IMG/VR virus record: IMGVR_UViG_3300042691_048960 | Strand: one strand, 5' to 3' | Origin: an uncultured virus (IMG/VR IMGVR_UViG_3300042691_048960) | Taxonomy: Duplodnaviria > Heunggongvirae > Uroviricota > Caudoviricetes | DNA length: 64,000 nt | Shown here: positions 39,401 through 46,683 of the stretch, piece by piece | Layout of the letters: each line of letters opens with the position of its first letter | Numbering within the stretch: the stretch's first letter is position 1 | The notes under the pieces: model-generated | The model's database searches: none | Told to the model about the DNA's origin: nothing | The model's input: the letters and a program-made list of their open reading frames with translations, nothing else | Translations under genes and position numbers: made by a program

Positions 39401-40196
39401 CGGCAACAATTTTAACCTTCTGACTTCGCTCATCAGTCAGGCCACACTGGGCGGTGCACTGACGGTTCTTCCTGCGGGACCTACGCATGTGTTTGATGTT
39501 GCCGGCACGGTAGAGGTGTTGCTTGCAAGTGGCACGCTGTCCAGCACCACGGAACTTGGCGTTCTCAACGGTGCCAATGCCGCATTGCTTGGCAATGAAA
39601 TCATCCAGTTTCAAACCGCAACACTGATCGGGGCGAATCGCTACAGGCTTTCCATATTGCTGCGCGGGCGCGCAGGAACGGAGCACGAAGTTGGCACACA
39701 CGCCTTGGCGGAACGCTTTGTACTACTTTCCTCCAGTGTCGCCCGTATCGCGCTTCAGAACAATCTGATTGGCCTTGCGCGCTGGTATAAGGGGGTAAGC
39801 GTTGGCGATACGCTGGCAGTGACATCTGAGCAGGTTTTTACCTACACAGGGAAAACCCTGAAGCCGTTTTCGCCCGTCATGATCGCTGGCAAGCGCAATC
39901 TGCCAGCGTCAAATGACTGGACGATCTCATGGGTGCGCCGAACCCGTGTTGGCGGAGATTGGCGTGATGGCGTGGATGTTCCGCTCTCAGAAGAAAGCGA
40001 ACGCTATGAAGTCGAAATCATGCAGGGTGCAACGGTCAAACGCACATTCACAGGCATCACGTCGCCAAGCATTGTTTACACCGCTGCACAGCAAGTCACG
40101 GACTTCGGCGCGGTGCAGACAAGCCTAAGCGTCAAAATCTACCAGATGTCAGCAGTAGTCGGACGCGGTACGCCCGGAATTGCAGCGCTTACTTAG
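36426..40196 (+). CDS. Multidomain baseplate protein (RcGTA megatron-like, TIM-barrel plus tail domains)
   Basis: EGPRL.DL, PAFRGLAYVV, IPG.GEFVY, YAADWSEY, WFTEFG.P.VD..ANQPN.FYDP, LLRGRAGTE. Confidence 0.9.
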   Translation: MSSVLPVVGAVGGFLIGGPQGAVIGYGLGMGVAGAFGGGKTVRLPDVEGPRLSDLRIQTSNYGKVIPEIFGTARLSGNVIWARPISEVRKETTTSSTQSGGKGGGGGRVTQTQTSVSYEYFVTMAIAVCKGPIDEIVRVWADAKVLDENFLQSGQGKYHVYLGTETQNPDTIMEGFEGVGKTPAFRGLAYVVIQDFPLAQFGNRIPNFTFEVRRSVRFQPAVEDKVKDIILIPGAGEFVYAPSIYTKQLGQDTAGGFVASSGKDPINMHNFNNVADVKLSLDQLQATFPNLEWVGLVVTWFATSTDAGACTVVPKVEFGTAGISIEPQDWAVAGLTRATAQQVLTFGDGKPTYGGTPSDKSVVDLCVEIKARGLKVLFYPMIFVDQITPTPKPWRGRITPANLTDCNNWFTKTNGFNAFIRHYSQLQVGGVYLKNNIDAFVIGSELVGMTSYSNTTGNFPAVSQLASLAALVKADVGAAVKTTYAADWSEYHSTGGWFNMDPLWASSSIDFVGIDSYFPLTPDLPQSQITEAKIKEYWEKGEGWDYFYTDSVNRTGLTNYTDAKYAWKNLEYWWANVHVNPNSVQTAWTSKMKEVWFTEFGFPSVDAAANQPNVFYDPTSSESFYPRASKGRVDFKAQREAINATLDYLQARNALSGKSGLVPRSFIWTWDARPFSFWPDLGNVWADAILWKTGHWINGKLGNSTLGAIVAKLLEKVGLSASDYDVTRLTDTVDGFLMAQTITIREALEQLQSAYFFDCVESDGLLKFIKRGGQETATISDQNIIPNSKDGNVRDLVETIRKHELDLPQQVNVTYINRAAFFDPGTQLSQRQTVNAVNKVGLNLPVVMTDQQGKTIADVTLYNAWNERNNYKFNVGARYSTIEPTDIIIVNQNAVPTSMRVLSTRIERNGLTEITAASEDVSTYDFYTPPGETPPVVEQGTVIPGTRLELIDIPPLPNDIDPVGILRVAVTALGENWNGSVVYRSDDGGEAGGNNFNLLTSLISQATLGGALTVLPAGPTHVFDVAGTVEVLLASGTLSSTTELGVLNGANAALLGNEIIQFQTATLIGANRYRLSILLRGRAGTEHEVGTHALAERFVLLSSSVARIALQNNLIGLARWYKGVSVGDTLAVTSEQVFTYTGKTLKPFSPVMIAGKRNLPASNDWTISWVRRTRVGGDWRDGVDVPLSEESERYEVEIMQGATVKRTFTGITSPSIVYTAAQQVTDFGAVQTSLSVKIYQMSAVVGRGTPGIAALT

Positions 40197-40467
40197 AGTT
40201 CAAAGCATCCGTAAGAGCTTTGCCAGCCTTAAACTTGGCAACATTCTTCGCCGGAACTTTGATTTCTTTGCCAGTTTGCGGATTACGTGCGGTGCGTGCA
40301 GCGCGCTTCTTTTTCTCGATGGTGCAAAATCCAACAATGCTGATCTTGTCACCTTTTTTCAGTGCTTTTGCGGTTACCACCACAAATGCGCTGAGAGCCT
40401 TTTCTGCGTCTGCCTTGCTGAGTTTGGATTCTTTCGCAATCGCGTCAACGAGTTCACCTTTGTTCAT
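40189..40467 (-). CDS. hup: HU family DNA-binding protein
   Basis: MNKGELVDAIA...I.GF...RAARTARNPQTGKEIKVPA...KFKAGKAL. Confidence 0.93.
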   Translation of the reverse strand: MNKGELVDAIAKESKLSKADAEKALSAFVVVTAKALKKGDKISIVGFCTIEKKKRAARTARNPQTGKEIKVPAKNVAKFKAGKALTDALNSK

Positions 40468-40582
40468 AACATTCTCCCTGTTTGGTTGAAACACAAAACC
40501 TTAGCCAAACTATCGTTTGCAAACATGCAAGGCAAGCACTGCTTAACGTGCGCATTAACCCATCAATCAATCAGAGTAGAGC

Positions 40583-42157
40583 ATGGCAACCACTGACCAT
40601 CTGGGCATTACGCTTGTCGAACAAAGCCAGTCGCAAAAGGAAGTCACTGTTAATGCGGCCTTGGCAATGCTGGATGCAATGCTCAATACAGGCGTTATTG
40701 ATAAGGACTTAACCGTTGCGCCTGTTTCACCTGTAAGCGGCAGCTTGTACATTGTCGCCAGTGGTGCAACCGGTGCATGGGCAGGTAAAGACAATCAGAT
40801 TGCATGGTTTAACCAGATATGGCGATACATTCCTCCATCGGAAGGGCTGACGTTTTGGGTACGCGACGAAGACAAGCTCTATAGCTGGAATGGAACCGCA
40901 TGGATCAGCACGCTTGAAGCACTGACCACACCACAATTTGCCAGAATTGGCTTAGGCACTGCACCAGACGGCACGCACATCATCAATCTCTTCGGGCCAT
41001 CCATTCTCTACAATGGCAGTGCGGGCTTCACGCAGCAGATGAACAAAGCCAATGCTGCGCAGGATCTGAAGCTGCTCTTCCAGCAGGGATTCACAACCTA
41101 TGCAGAGCTGGGCTTACTGGGTGATAATGAGTTTTCTCTTAAAACATCCGATGGAAGCAATTTCTATCTGGCATGGAAAATAAGACAAAACGGCATCACA
41201 AATTTTGTGAAAGAGCCTCTGATTTCAGAGTTTTCTCCGCTCAATCACAAAAACTTCATTACCAATGGCGGTTGCGCCGTCGCGGAACGCCAAGACTTTA
41301 CGCTGGTCAATAATAGCTGGGGCTATGGAAAGGTTGACCGCTTCCAAGGGCAAGCCAGCGGCACCACCGTCACCGCAGGGAAAATCACCTACAGTGCATT
41401 TTCTGGAAAAAACTATCTCAAGTTTGAAACGGTTACCATCACAGGTGCTGGCGTTCTTCGGGTGCGTACCCGTATTGAGGCGAAGGATGCCGAAGCCTTT
41501 CTGAATCAGATCGGCTCATTTTCGTGCAGCCTCTACCATAATATCGGCACGGCCATGAACGCGGTGATCACCGTTCGCAAAGCCAATGCCGTGGATAACT
41601 TCACCGCAACCACTGTGGTTGCCACATCCAGCAATATCAGCGTTCCCAATAACAGCGAAACCATCATCAAATTTGAGAATATCTCAATCGGTGATGCCAG
41701 TAACGGTATTGAAATTGAAGTGCGCATGGATTGTGGCGCAGTGACGACCAAAGATTTCCTTCTGCGATTCTTCCAGTTTGAGCTTGGAGCGATTGCAACT
41801 CAGTTTGAGCAAGAGTCGGTCGCTGTCACAAGAAACAGAGTAAAACGCTACTATCAGAAGCTCGGCAAAGGCATTCACGGGGCATTCAACTCTGCCACAG
41901 AAATTGACCTTCCATTGCTCTTTCCAGTCGAAATGCGCACAGCACCCACAGGTGCTCTGCTGGTAACCACTCCAACCGTTCAGCATGTCAGTGTTGGCAC
42001 AAAGACAGGGACGGCATCCGCAATCGTGGGTGCTGGAAGTTCCTATTCAAGAAACGGAGCGTATGTGCGTGTGAATGGCTTTACGGCTGGTACGGCCAAA
42101 GATCACGTGTTCGTCACGACCGACGACATACTCGGCTTTGATGCCGACTTCGCCTGA
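40583..42157 (+). CDS. Tail fibre / receptor-binding protein (DUF2793 N-terminus)
   Basis: Q.QKEVT.N.AL..LD, YIVA..ATGAWAGKD..IA; C-terminal FQFE.G..AT.FE...RYYQ motif. Confidence 0.85.
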   Translation: MATTDHLGITLVEQSQSQKEVTVNAALAMLDAMLNTGVIDKDLTVAPVSPVSGSLYIVASGATGAWAGKDNQIAWFNQIWRYIPPSEGLTFWVRDEDKLYSWNGTAWISTLEALTTPQFARIGLGTAPDGTHIINLFGPSILYNGSAGFTQQMNKANAAQDLKLLFQQGFTTYAELGLLGDNEFSLKTSDGSNFYLAWKIRQNGITNFVKEPLISEFSPLNHKNFITNGGCAVAERQDFTLVNNSWGYGKVDRFQGQASGTTVTAGKITYSAFSGKNYLKFETVTITGAGVLRVRTRIEAKDAEAFLNQIGSFSCSLYHNIGTAMNAVITVRKANAVDNFTATTVVATSSNISVPNNSETIIKFENISIGDASNGIEIEVRMDCGAVTTKDFLLRFFQFELGAIATQFEQESVAVTRNRVKRYYQKLGKGIHGAFNSATEIDLPLLFPVEMRTAPTGALLVTTPTVQHVSVGTKTGTASAIVGAGSSYSRNGAYVRVNGFTAGTAKDHVFVTTDDILGFDADFA

Positions 42158-42202
42158 TCCATTTTAACCATATTATTCATTCACATAACATAGGGGCATT
42201 TT

Positions 42203-42385
42203 ATGTTTCACGAAAAAGAAGGCGAAGACTTAGAGCTTCACGTCGCTGTCTGTGCACAGCGTTACAAAGCGCTAGATGAGCGCATGCAAAGAATTGAGCG
42301 CGTCGTGTGGTGGACATTCTCCATGCTGCTCATTGGTATGGGGGGAACCATTATGGAACTCATAATCCAATATCTAAAACAATGA
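42203..42385 (+). CDS. Small coiled-coil plus TM protein, possible holin
   Basis: H..VCA.RY..L..R..RIE followed by one hydrophobic helix; precedes the lysozyme. Confidence 0.55.
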   Translation: MFHEKEGEDLELHVAVCAQRYKALDERMQRIERVVWWTFSMLLIGMGGTIMELIIQYLKQ

Positions 42386-42392
42386 GGTTTTT

Positions 42393-42818
42393 ATGAAAAC
42401 AAATCCCGAAGCAATTAGCCTCATCAAAGAGTTTGAAGGGCTTAAACTCAAACCTTACGCCGATCTCGGCGGCAAAATGACCATCGGCTGGGGGCATCTC
42501 ATCAAGCCGGGGGAGCGCTTTACGTCGATCACCACAGCTCAGGCGGAGGCGATATTTCAGCAGGATTTGCTGGATGCAGAAACGGTTGTCACCCGCAAGG
42601 TGCGCGTAAAGCTCACGAACAATCAGTTTTCCGCGCTCGTCGCACTGGCGTTCAATATCCCAAAAGCCTTTGGCAATACCACGCTGGTGGAAGTGCTGAA
42701 TGCCCTTCGCTTTGATGATGCGCCTGAACAAATGCTGCGCTGGCACCGCATGGGTAAAAAGCCCGTGAAGGGTTTGATCCGCCGCCGCGCAGCTGAAGCC
42801 ATGCTGTTTGTATCCTAA
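42393..42818 (+). CDS. Endolysin, GH24 lysozyme
   Basis: IKEFEG..L.PY.D..G..TIGWGH (E-8x-D-5x-T triad), QFSALV..AFN, GL.RRR.AE..LF. Confidence 0.93.
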   Translation: MKTNPEAISLIKEFEGLKLKPYADLGGKMTIGWGHLIKPGERFTSITTAQAEAIFQQDLLDAETVVTRKVRVKLTNNQFSALVALAFNIPKAFGNTTLVEVLNALRFDDAPEQMLRWHRMGKKPVKGLIRRRAAEAMLFVS

Positions 42819-42828
42819 GAGGCAAAAA

Positions 42829-43110
42829 ATGGAATTACTAGAAAATGCACCTGCGGGTACTGATGGCGAACAAATGCTGTATTCTGGCGGTATGGCTACT
42901 GTCTATTGCTGGGGAAACTTTGCGGGGGCATCAGTAAAGCTGCTTGTTAGCCCAGACAGAGCAACTTGGTTCGATCTTGAGGGTTACACCATTGTTCAGA
43001 CATCGAAACCCAAGAACCTACACATCGCGAATTGCTGGATGAAAGGACAAGTTATCGGCGGAACGGTTGATACAAACGTAAATCTGGTGGTGAGAGGATT
43101 TCATACCTAA
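42829..43110 (+). CDS. Hypothetical beta-rich phage protein
   Basis: ORF after the lysozyme with GAGG RBS. Confidence 0.55.
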   Translation: MELLENAPAGTDGEQMLYSGGMATVYCWGNFAGASVKLLVSPDRATWFDLEGYTIVQTSKPKNLHIANCWMKGQVIGGTVDTNVNLVVRGFHT

Positions 43111-43207
43111 CAGGGAGCTTGAAAATGAGAAAAGGAAAGCACATTCGCACAACGCAGATACCCAACAATCCAGCCAGATCAGAAGTTATTATCCCTCCCT
43201 AGCAATC

Positions 43208-43237
43208 GCCCCGAGCCGAAAGGTTCGGGGCTTTTTT
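43208..43237 (+). terminator. Intrinsic terminator ending the late operon
   Basis: GCCCCGAGCC-GAAA-GGTTCGGGGC followed by T6. Confidence 0.85.
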
Positions 43238-43278
43238 ATTGCTTGAAATCTTTGGTTCTCGCCAGCAAGTATGAACGC

Positions 43279-44217
43279 TTACAATGGCCATGAGGGAGCA
43301 TTGGCGGCTTCTTGGCGTTGCGATTCTCTCCCTGATATTACTGCTGCTGTATTTGGGCCAATAGCGGCGGGAGGGACATTGACACTACGATCTGCTGCCA
43401 TTTCTTTGGAAAAATACCTGTCCATATATTGCTTCATATCCGTTTTGGCAAAGTCACCATCGTAGCTTTCGTTTTTATCGAACTGCACACCTGCAAACAG
43501 TGCTTGCCTCGCTAAACATATGCCGCTGGGGTCTCTTAGCCATTCAATGGGCTTCACTTCTATCCAGCACGCTTCTCCTGCCTCTGGCGTGTGGCCATTT
43601 GATAGCACGGAGTCTTCATCGCAGGGCTTCGCCTCCACGCGGATATACTTTTTACCGTTATGCTGATATTCTATGTATTCTTTTGCGCTAAAGGGCGTGT
43701 CGTAAGCATCGTATTCTTCACCGTCGAATGTATATTTCTTGCCTGTGGCTTGCAGTTTCCGTGTGGTGAGTGCTTTTTCCAATTTCTCACTGACCTCTTC
43801 GGTAGCTATCGTCTGCGGATATTCACCATATTCGACGACATCTACCCCAGAAATTTTTTGCGAAGGCTTCGCTTCGCTCAGCCTGATTGAAGATGCAACC
43901 GATGATGGCAAAGCGGGGGGCGCACCAAGACACCGTAAGTCCGGATAGTCATAGTTCCGGTCACCGTCGTCATGGACGGCGCGGACATATCCATCTCCGC
44001 TGGAAGAGGCCGGCCAAACAGCACCTGTTCGTTGACCATCGCTGGTCTGATCCCGACCCATATAACCACCCAACACGATGGCAAGGTCACTCATGCCTGT
44101 TTTTGTGCCATAGGACTTCATTACCTGAAGCTGACCTTTTCCTTGGTCATCACCCCAGATTTGTTGATCCGTCAGAAATGTGGTCTCAATGTTCATAGTG
44201 CCGCTTCGGTTAACCAT
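43279..44217 (-). CDS. DGR target protein 1 (variable repeat in N-terminal third)
   Basis: Contains VR1; full-length paralog of 49404-50321. Confidence 0.9.
   Translation of the reverse strand: MVNRSGTMNIETTFLTDQQIWGDDQGKGQLQVMKSYGTKTGMSDLAIVLGGYMGRDQTSDGQRTGAVWPASSSGDGYVRAVHDDGDRNYDYPDLRCLGAPPALPSSVASSIRLSEAKPSQKISGVDVVEYGEYPQTIATEEVSEKLEKALTTRKLQATGKKYTFDGEEYDAYDTPFSAKEYIEYQHNGKKYIRVEAKPCDEDSVLSNGHTPEAGEACWIEVKPIEWLRDPSGICLARQALFAGVQFDKNESYDGDFAKTDMKQYMDRYFSKEMAADRSVNVPPAAIGPNTAAVISGRESQRQEAANAPSWPL
43908..44020 (-). repeat. DGR variable repeat VR1
   Basis: 113-bp ungapped match to TR with 17 differences, 15 at TR adenines (minus strand). Confidence 0.92.
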
Positions 44218-44321
44218 TCCTCTGCATTATAATGCAAAAATGGTAATAAATCGTTTAGAACTGTTTATAATACACCATCTTGCTGAAATAACCAGAAAAA
44301 ATGCGATTTAACCCTCGTTTA

Positions 44322-45374
44322 TCAAGGGGGCGCGCCATTTTTCGTGAGCCTTTTAGCGCGTTTAAGGCTATTCATCCTGTTATTCAGGAACTTTTTGTCC
44401 TTTGTGCCTGCGGCGTGCGCCAGAAAAGACGCCTGCCTGGAGGCCAAGTATTCGTCATCAAGAACCCCAGCCATGTAGTAATAGGCAATGGTCTTCAAAT
44501 ACCGTTTTTGCCGCTCTCTGGCCGAAGCACGAATGGACTTGGTGATTTTGCCCGTAACCGTGAGCTTGTGGTTGTAGCCCAAAAAATCGACGCCATTTTT
44601 TACCATCCCGATCTGGGTTTTTGCATTGAGCTTCAGATGTAATTTTTCGGCGCAGACTTTTTCTATTTCGGTTTTGCAGTTTCTTAGAAACTCTTTGCTT
44701 TCGCCGAGCAGGATAAAATCATCCATGTAGCGAACATAGCCCACGACGCGCAGCTTTTCTTTTATCAGCCTGTCTATATCATCGAGGTAAAGTAGCGCGA
44801 ACCACTGACTGGTCTGATTGCCTAGCGGCACTCCTTTAGCATCGCTACCACGCGACGCTCTTATAACCATTTCCATGAACCACATTTCGTCTTCGGAAAA
44901 ACCACATCTTCTCAGTTTTTCTATCAGGATATCGTGGTCTATGCTTTGGAAGTATTTTGATATGTCGCACTTCAGGAAATAGAAGTTATTGCCGCCGGTA
45001 TTGATAAACAATTTCCGCATGAATCCATGTAAGCGATCCATTGCAAAGTCGCTGCCCTTCTTTTTGCGGGAAGCGGCGTTATCATAAACCAGCCTGTTCT
45101 CTAACCTCGGCTCTATCGCTTTTTTGCAGAAACACATCAACACGACTCTATCCTTGTAGGGGAGCGCCTCGATCAGGCGCTCCTTCGGGTCATAAATCCT
45201 GAAAATCTTGTACTTGCCGAGCTTGTAGGTTTTGTTCGTCAGCTCTTTCACCAGCTTGTGGATGTTGCTGGCAGCCTCCATTTCAAACATGATCGTCCCA
45301 CGCTTATGCTGCTTGTGCAGACGGCATAATTCATGGGCTTCCAGCAAATTCTCAAACGTAAATATCTGTCTCAT
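44322..45374 (-). CDS. DGR reverse transcriptase
   Basis: PKER.I.A.PYKDRVV, LKCDISKYFQSIDH, GVPLGNQTSQ (DGR-type GxxxSQ), YVRYMDD, GVDFLGY; 350 aa with no maturase/endonuclease tail. Confidence 0.95.
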   Translation of the reverse strand: MRQIFTFENLLEAHELCRLHKQHKRGTIMFEMEAASNIHKLVKELTNKTYKLGKYKIFRIYDPKERLIEALPYKDRVVLMCFCKKAIEPRLENRLVYDNAASRKKKGSDFAMDRLHGFMRKLFINTGGNNFYFLKCDISKYFQSIDHDILIEKLRRCGFSEDEMWFMEMVIRASRGSDAKGVPLGNQTSQWFALLYLDDIDRLIKEKLRVVGYVRYMDDFILLGESKEFLRNCKTEIEKVCAEKLHLKLNAKTQIGMVKNGVDFLGYNHKLTVTGKITKSIRASARERQKRYLKTIAYYYMAGVLDDEYLASRQASFLAHAAGTKDKKFLNNRMNSLKRAKRLTKNGAPP

Positions 45375-45907
45375 GCGGCACTCCTATTTTTTGACAGGAA
45401 CGAGCCGCTTACTCTCTCAGCAGAAGATAACCGCGTGGCGGCACAGACAGAGCTGAGTGCCGATTCGTGATGCCCATCCGATGATGGTTCTTAACTTCCA
45501 TGCCAACACGAGCGTAATGGCTGCATTTCTGTATTTTTCTTCTTGTTATAGGAAATTATTTCGCAATCCGCGAAATATCAAGCCAATAAACCATATACCC
45601 CGCTGTCCTCAATGGGACTTCAGGAAAGCAACAGGCACCGGATCGGCTGATGAGGGCAAAAAAAGAAGCGCCCAGTAGCATATCAAAGCAAATAGCGTTG
45701 ATATGCGTGGCGCTTCATAAAACGACTTGCGTTTTTATTGTTTCCACCGCAACTCAGGAAAAATCCTTACAGCGGTCAGAAAAGAGAAGACTTCCTTTGC
45801 TCTGGGCACTCAGACGGACATCACTTGAAGCCCCCTTCACACAGACCCGTTTTTTAGAAACATTATTGTGGCTTTGCCAGACACAACTTTTTCGCTTCTC
45901 TTCAAGA

Positions 45908-46020
45908 GCAAATCGGGGCGCGCACCAAGATTCCGTTTGTTCGGATTGTTATAGTTCCGGTCACCGTTGTTATTGACGGCGCGGACATTTCCATTTTCGT
46001 TGGAAGAGGCCGACCAAACA
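45908..46020 (-). repeat. DGR template repeat (TR)
   Basis: Intergenic between avd and RT; reads VWSASSNENGNVRAVNNNGDRNYNNPNKRNLGARPDL in the VR frame, with 11 AAY codons and 31 adenines. Confidence 0.93.
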
Positions 46021-46073
46021 TGGAGCGCACAAAATAAGCCTTCCCTTAATTGAAACCTTTCGATTTCAAATCT

Positions 46074-46682
46074 CTATGATTTTCCTTTTTCCCTCCATTT
46101 CTCATCATCACTTTTTCTCCAAGCAGCCGTGAGGTTCACAGCGTCACTGACCTGAATGGAAATCTGTTTTAACTGTCTTGTCAAGATGCAGCCTGCATTT
46201 TCAGCCAGCAGGGCGATATAGGCAAGCATCTTCAGTTTGATGATAGCATCTGTCTGATATTGCTCCCGCTGCTTTTTATTCTCGGCAGAGTCCTGACGGA
46301 TAAAGTTGGCGCGGAACATATCCTGCAATGCGTCCAAGCAGAGATTGTGCATCCTGTTCACGAACACGCTGCGGAATTTCGCTGGCGATTTCTGTGTTAC
46401 TGCGACGATATATGCACCAAGTTTCTTGGTTTTTGTGATCACAATCAGGTCGCTCGCAGAATCAGGAATTTTGCAAACCTGTTCCCATTCCGCATCCTTC
46501 ACTTCGGCTTTTGCCTGTTCTTTATTCATATTGAACTTCTTATCCCGCGCTGTTGCAAATGCCTGACTGGTAGAAAACAAATCCGGCACGGAATTGATCT
46601 TGCCAGCATCATTTTCAACAACCTTTGGAAGTTTCAAAGATTTGTTTCTGCTGAGTTGTTTGTCTGGTTCTTTTTTTGTCAT
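46074..46682 (-). CDS. avd: Avd-like accessory variability determinant (four-helix bundle) with N-terminal extension
   Basis: Basic helical protein directly upstream of TR; L.VI.K...L..Y......P.KFR......M...D....AN...W...D pattern. Confidence 0.8.
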   Translation of the reverse strand: MTKKEPDKQLSRNKSLKLPKVVENDAGKINSVPDLFSTSQAFATARDKKFNMNKEQAKAEVKDAEWEQVCKIPDSASDLIVITKTKKLGAYIVAVTQKSPAKFRSVFVNRMHNLCLDALQDMFRANFIRQDSAENKKQREQYQTDAIIKLKMLAYIALLAENAGCILTRQLKQISIQVSDAVNLTAAWRKSDDEKWREKGKS

Positions 46683-46683
46683 A

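Larger units (their letters stand above)
1..43240. mobile_element. Temperate siphovirus-like prophage (left end outside window, right boundary approximate)
   Basis: Lambdoid order: recombination, CI/Cro, replication, late regulator, terminase, portal, capsid, neck, tail, tape measure, baseplate, fibre, lysozyme, final terminator. No att site identified. Confidence 0.92.

Noticed and set aside
34511..40196. Gene transfer agent cluster
   Set aside because: The tail genes are RcGTA-like, but repressor, replication, recombination and a non-GTA head module indicate a true prophage.
40583..42157. Tail fibre as the DGR target (classic tropism switching)
   Set aside because: No TR-like sequence was seen in the fibre or baseplate genes; both VRs lie in the minus-strand paralogs beyond the late terminator.
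43110..43279. Prophage attR site
   Set aside because: No tRNA 3' end or direct repeat could be identified, and the left end is outside the window, so whether the DGR operon is inside the prophage stays unresolved.
44322..45374. RT as group II intron, retron or Abi RT
   Set aside because: Short, no maturase/endonuclease domain, GNQTSQ motif, and flanked by avd and a TR with A-specific VRs.
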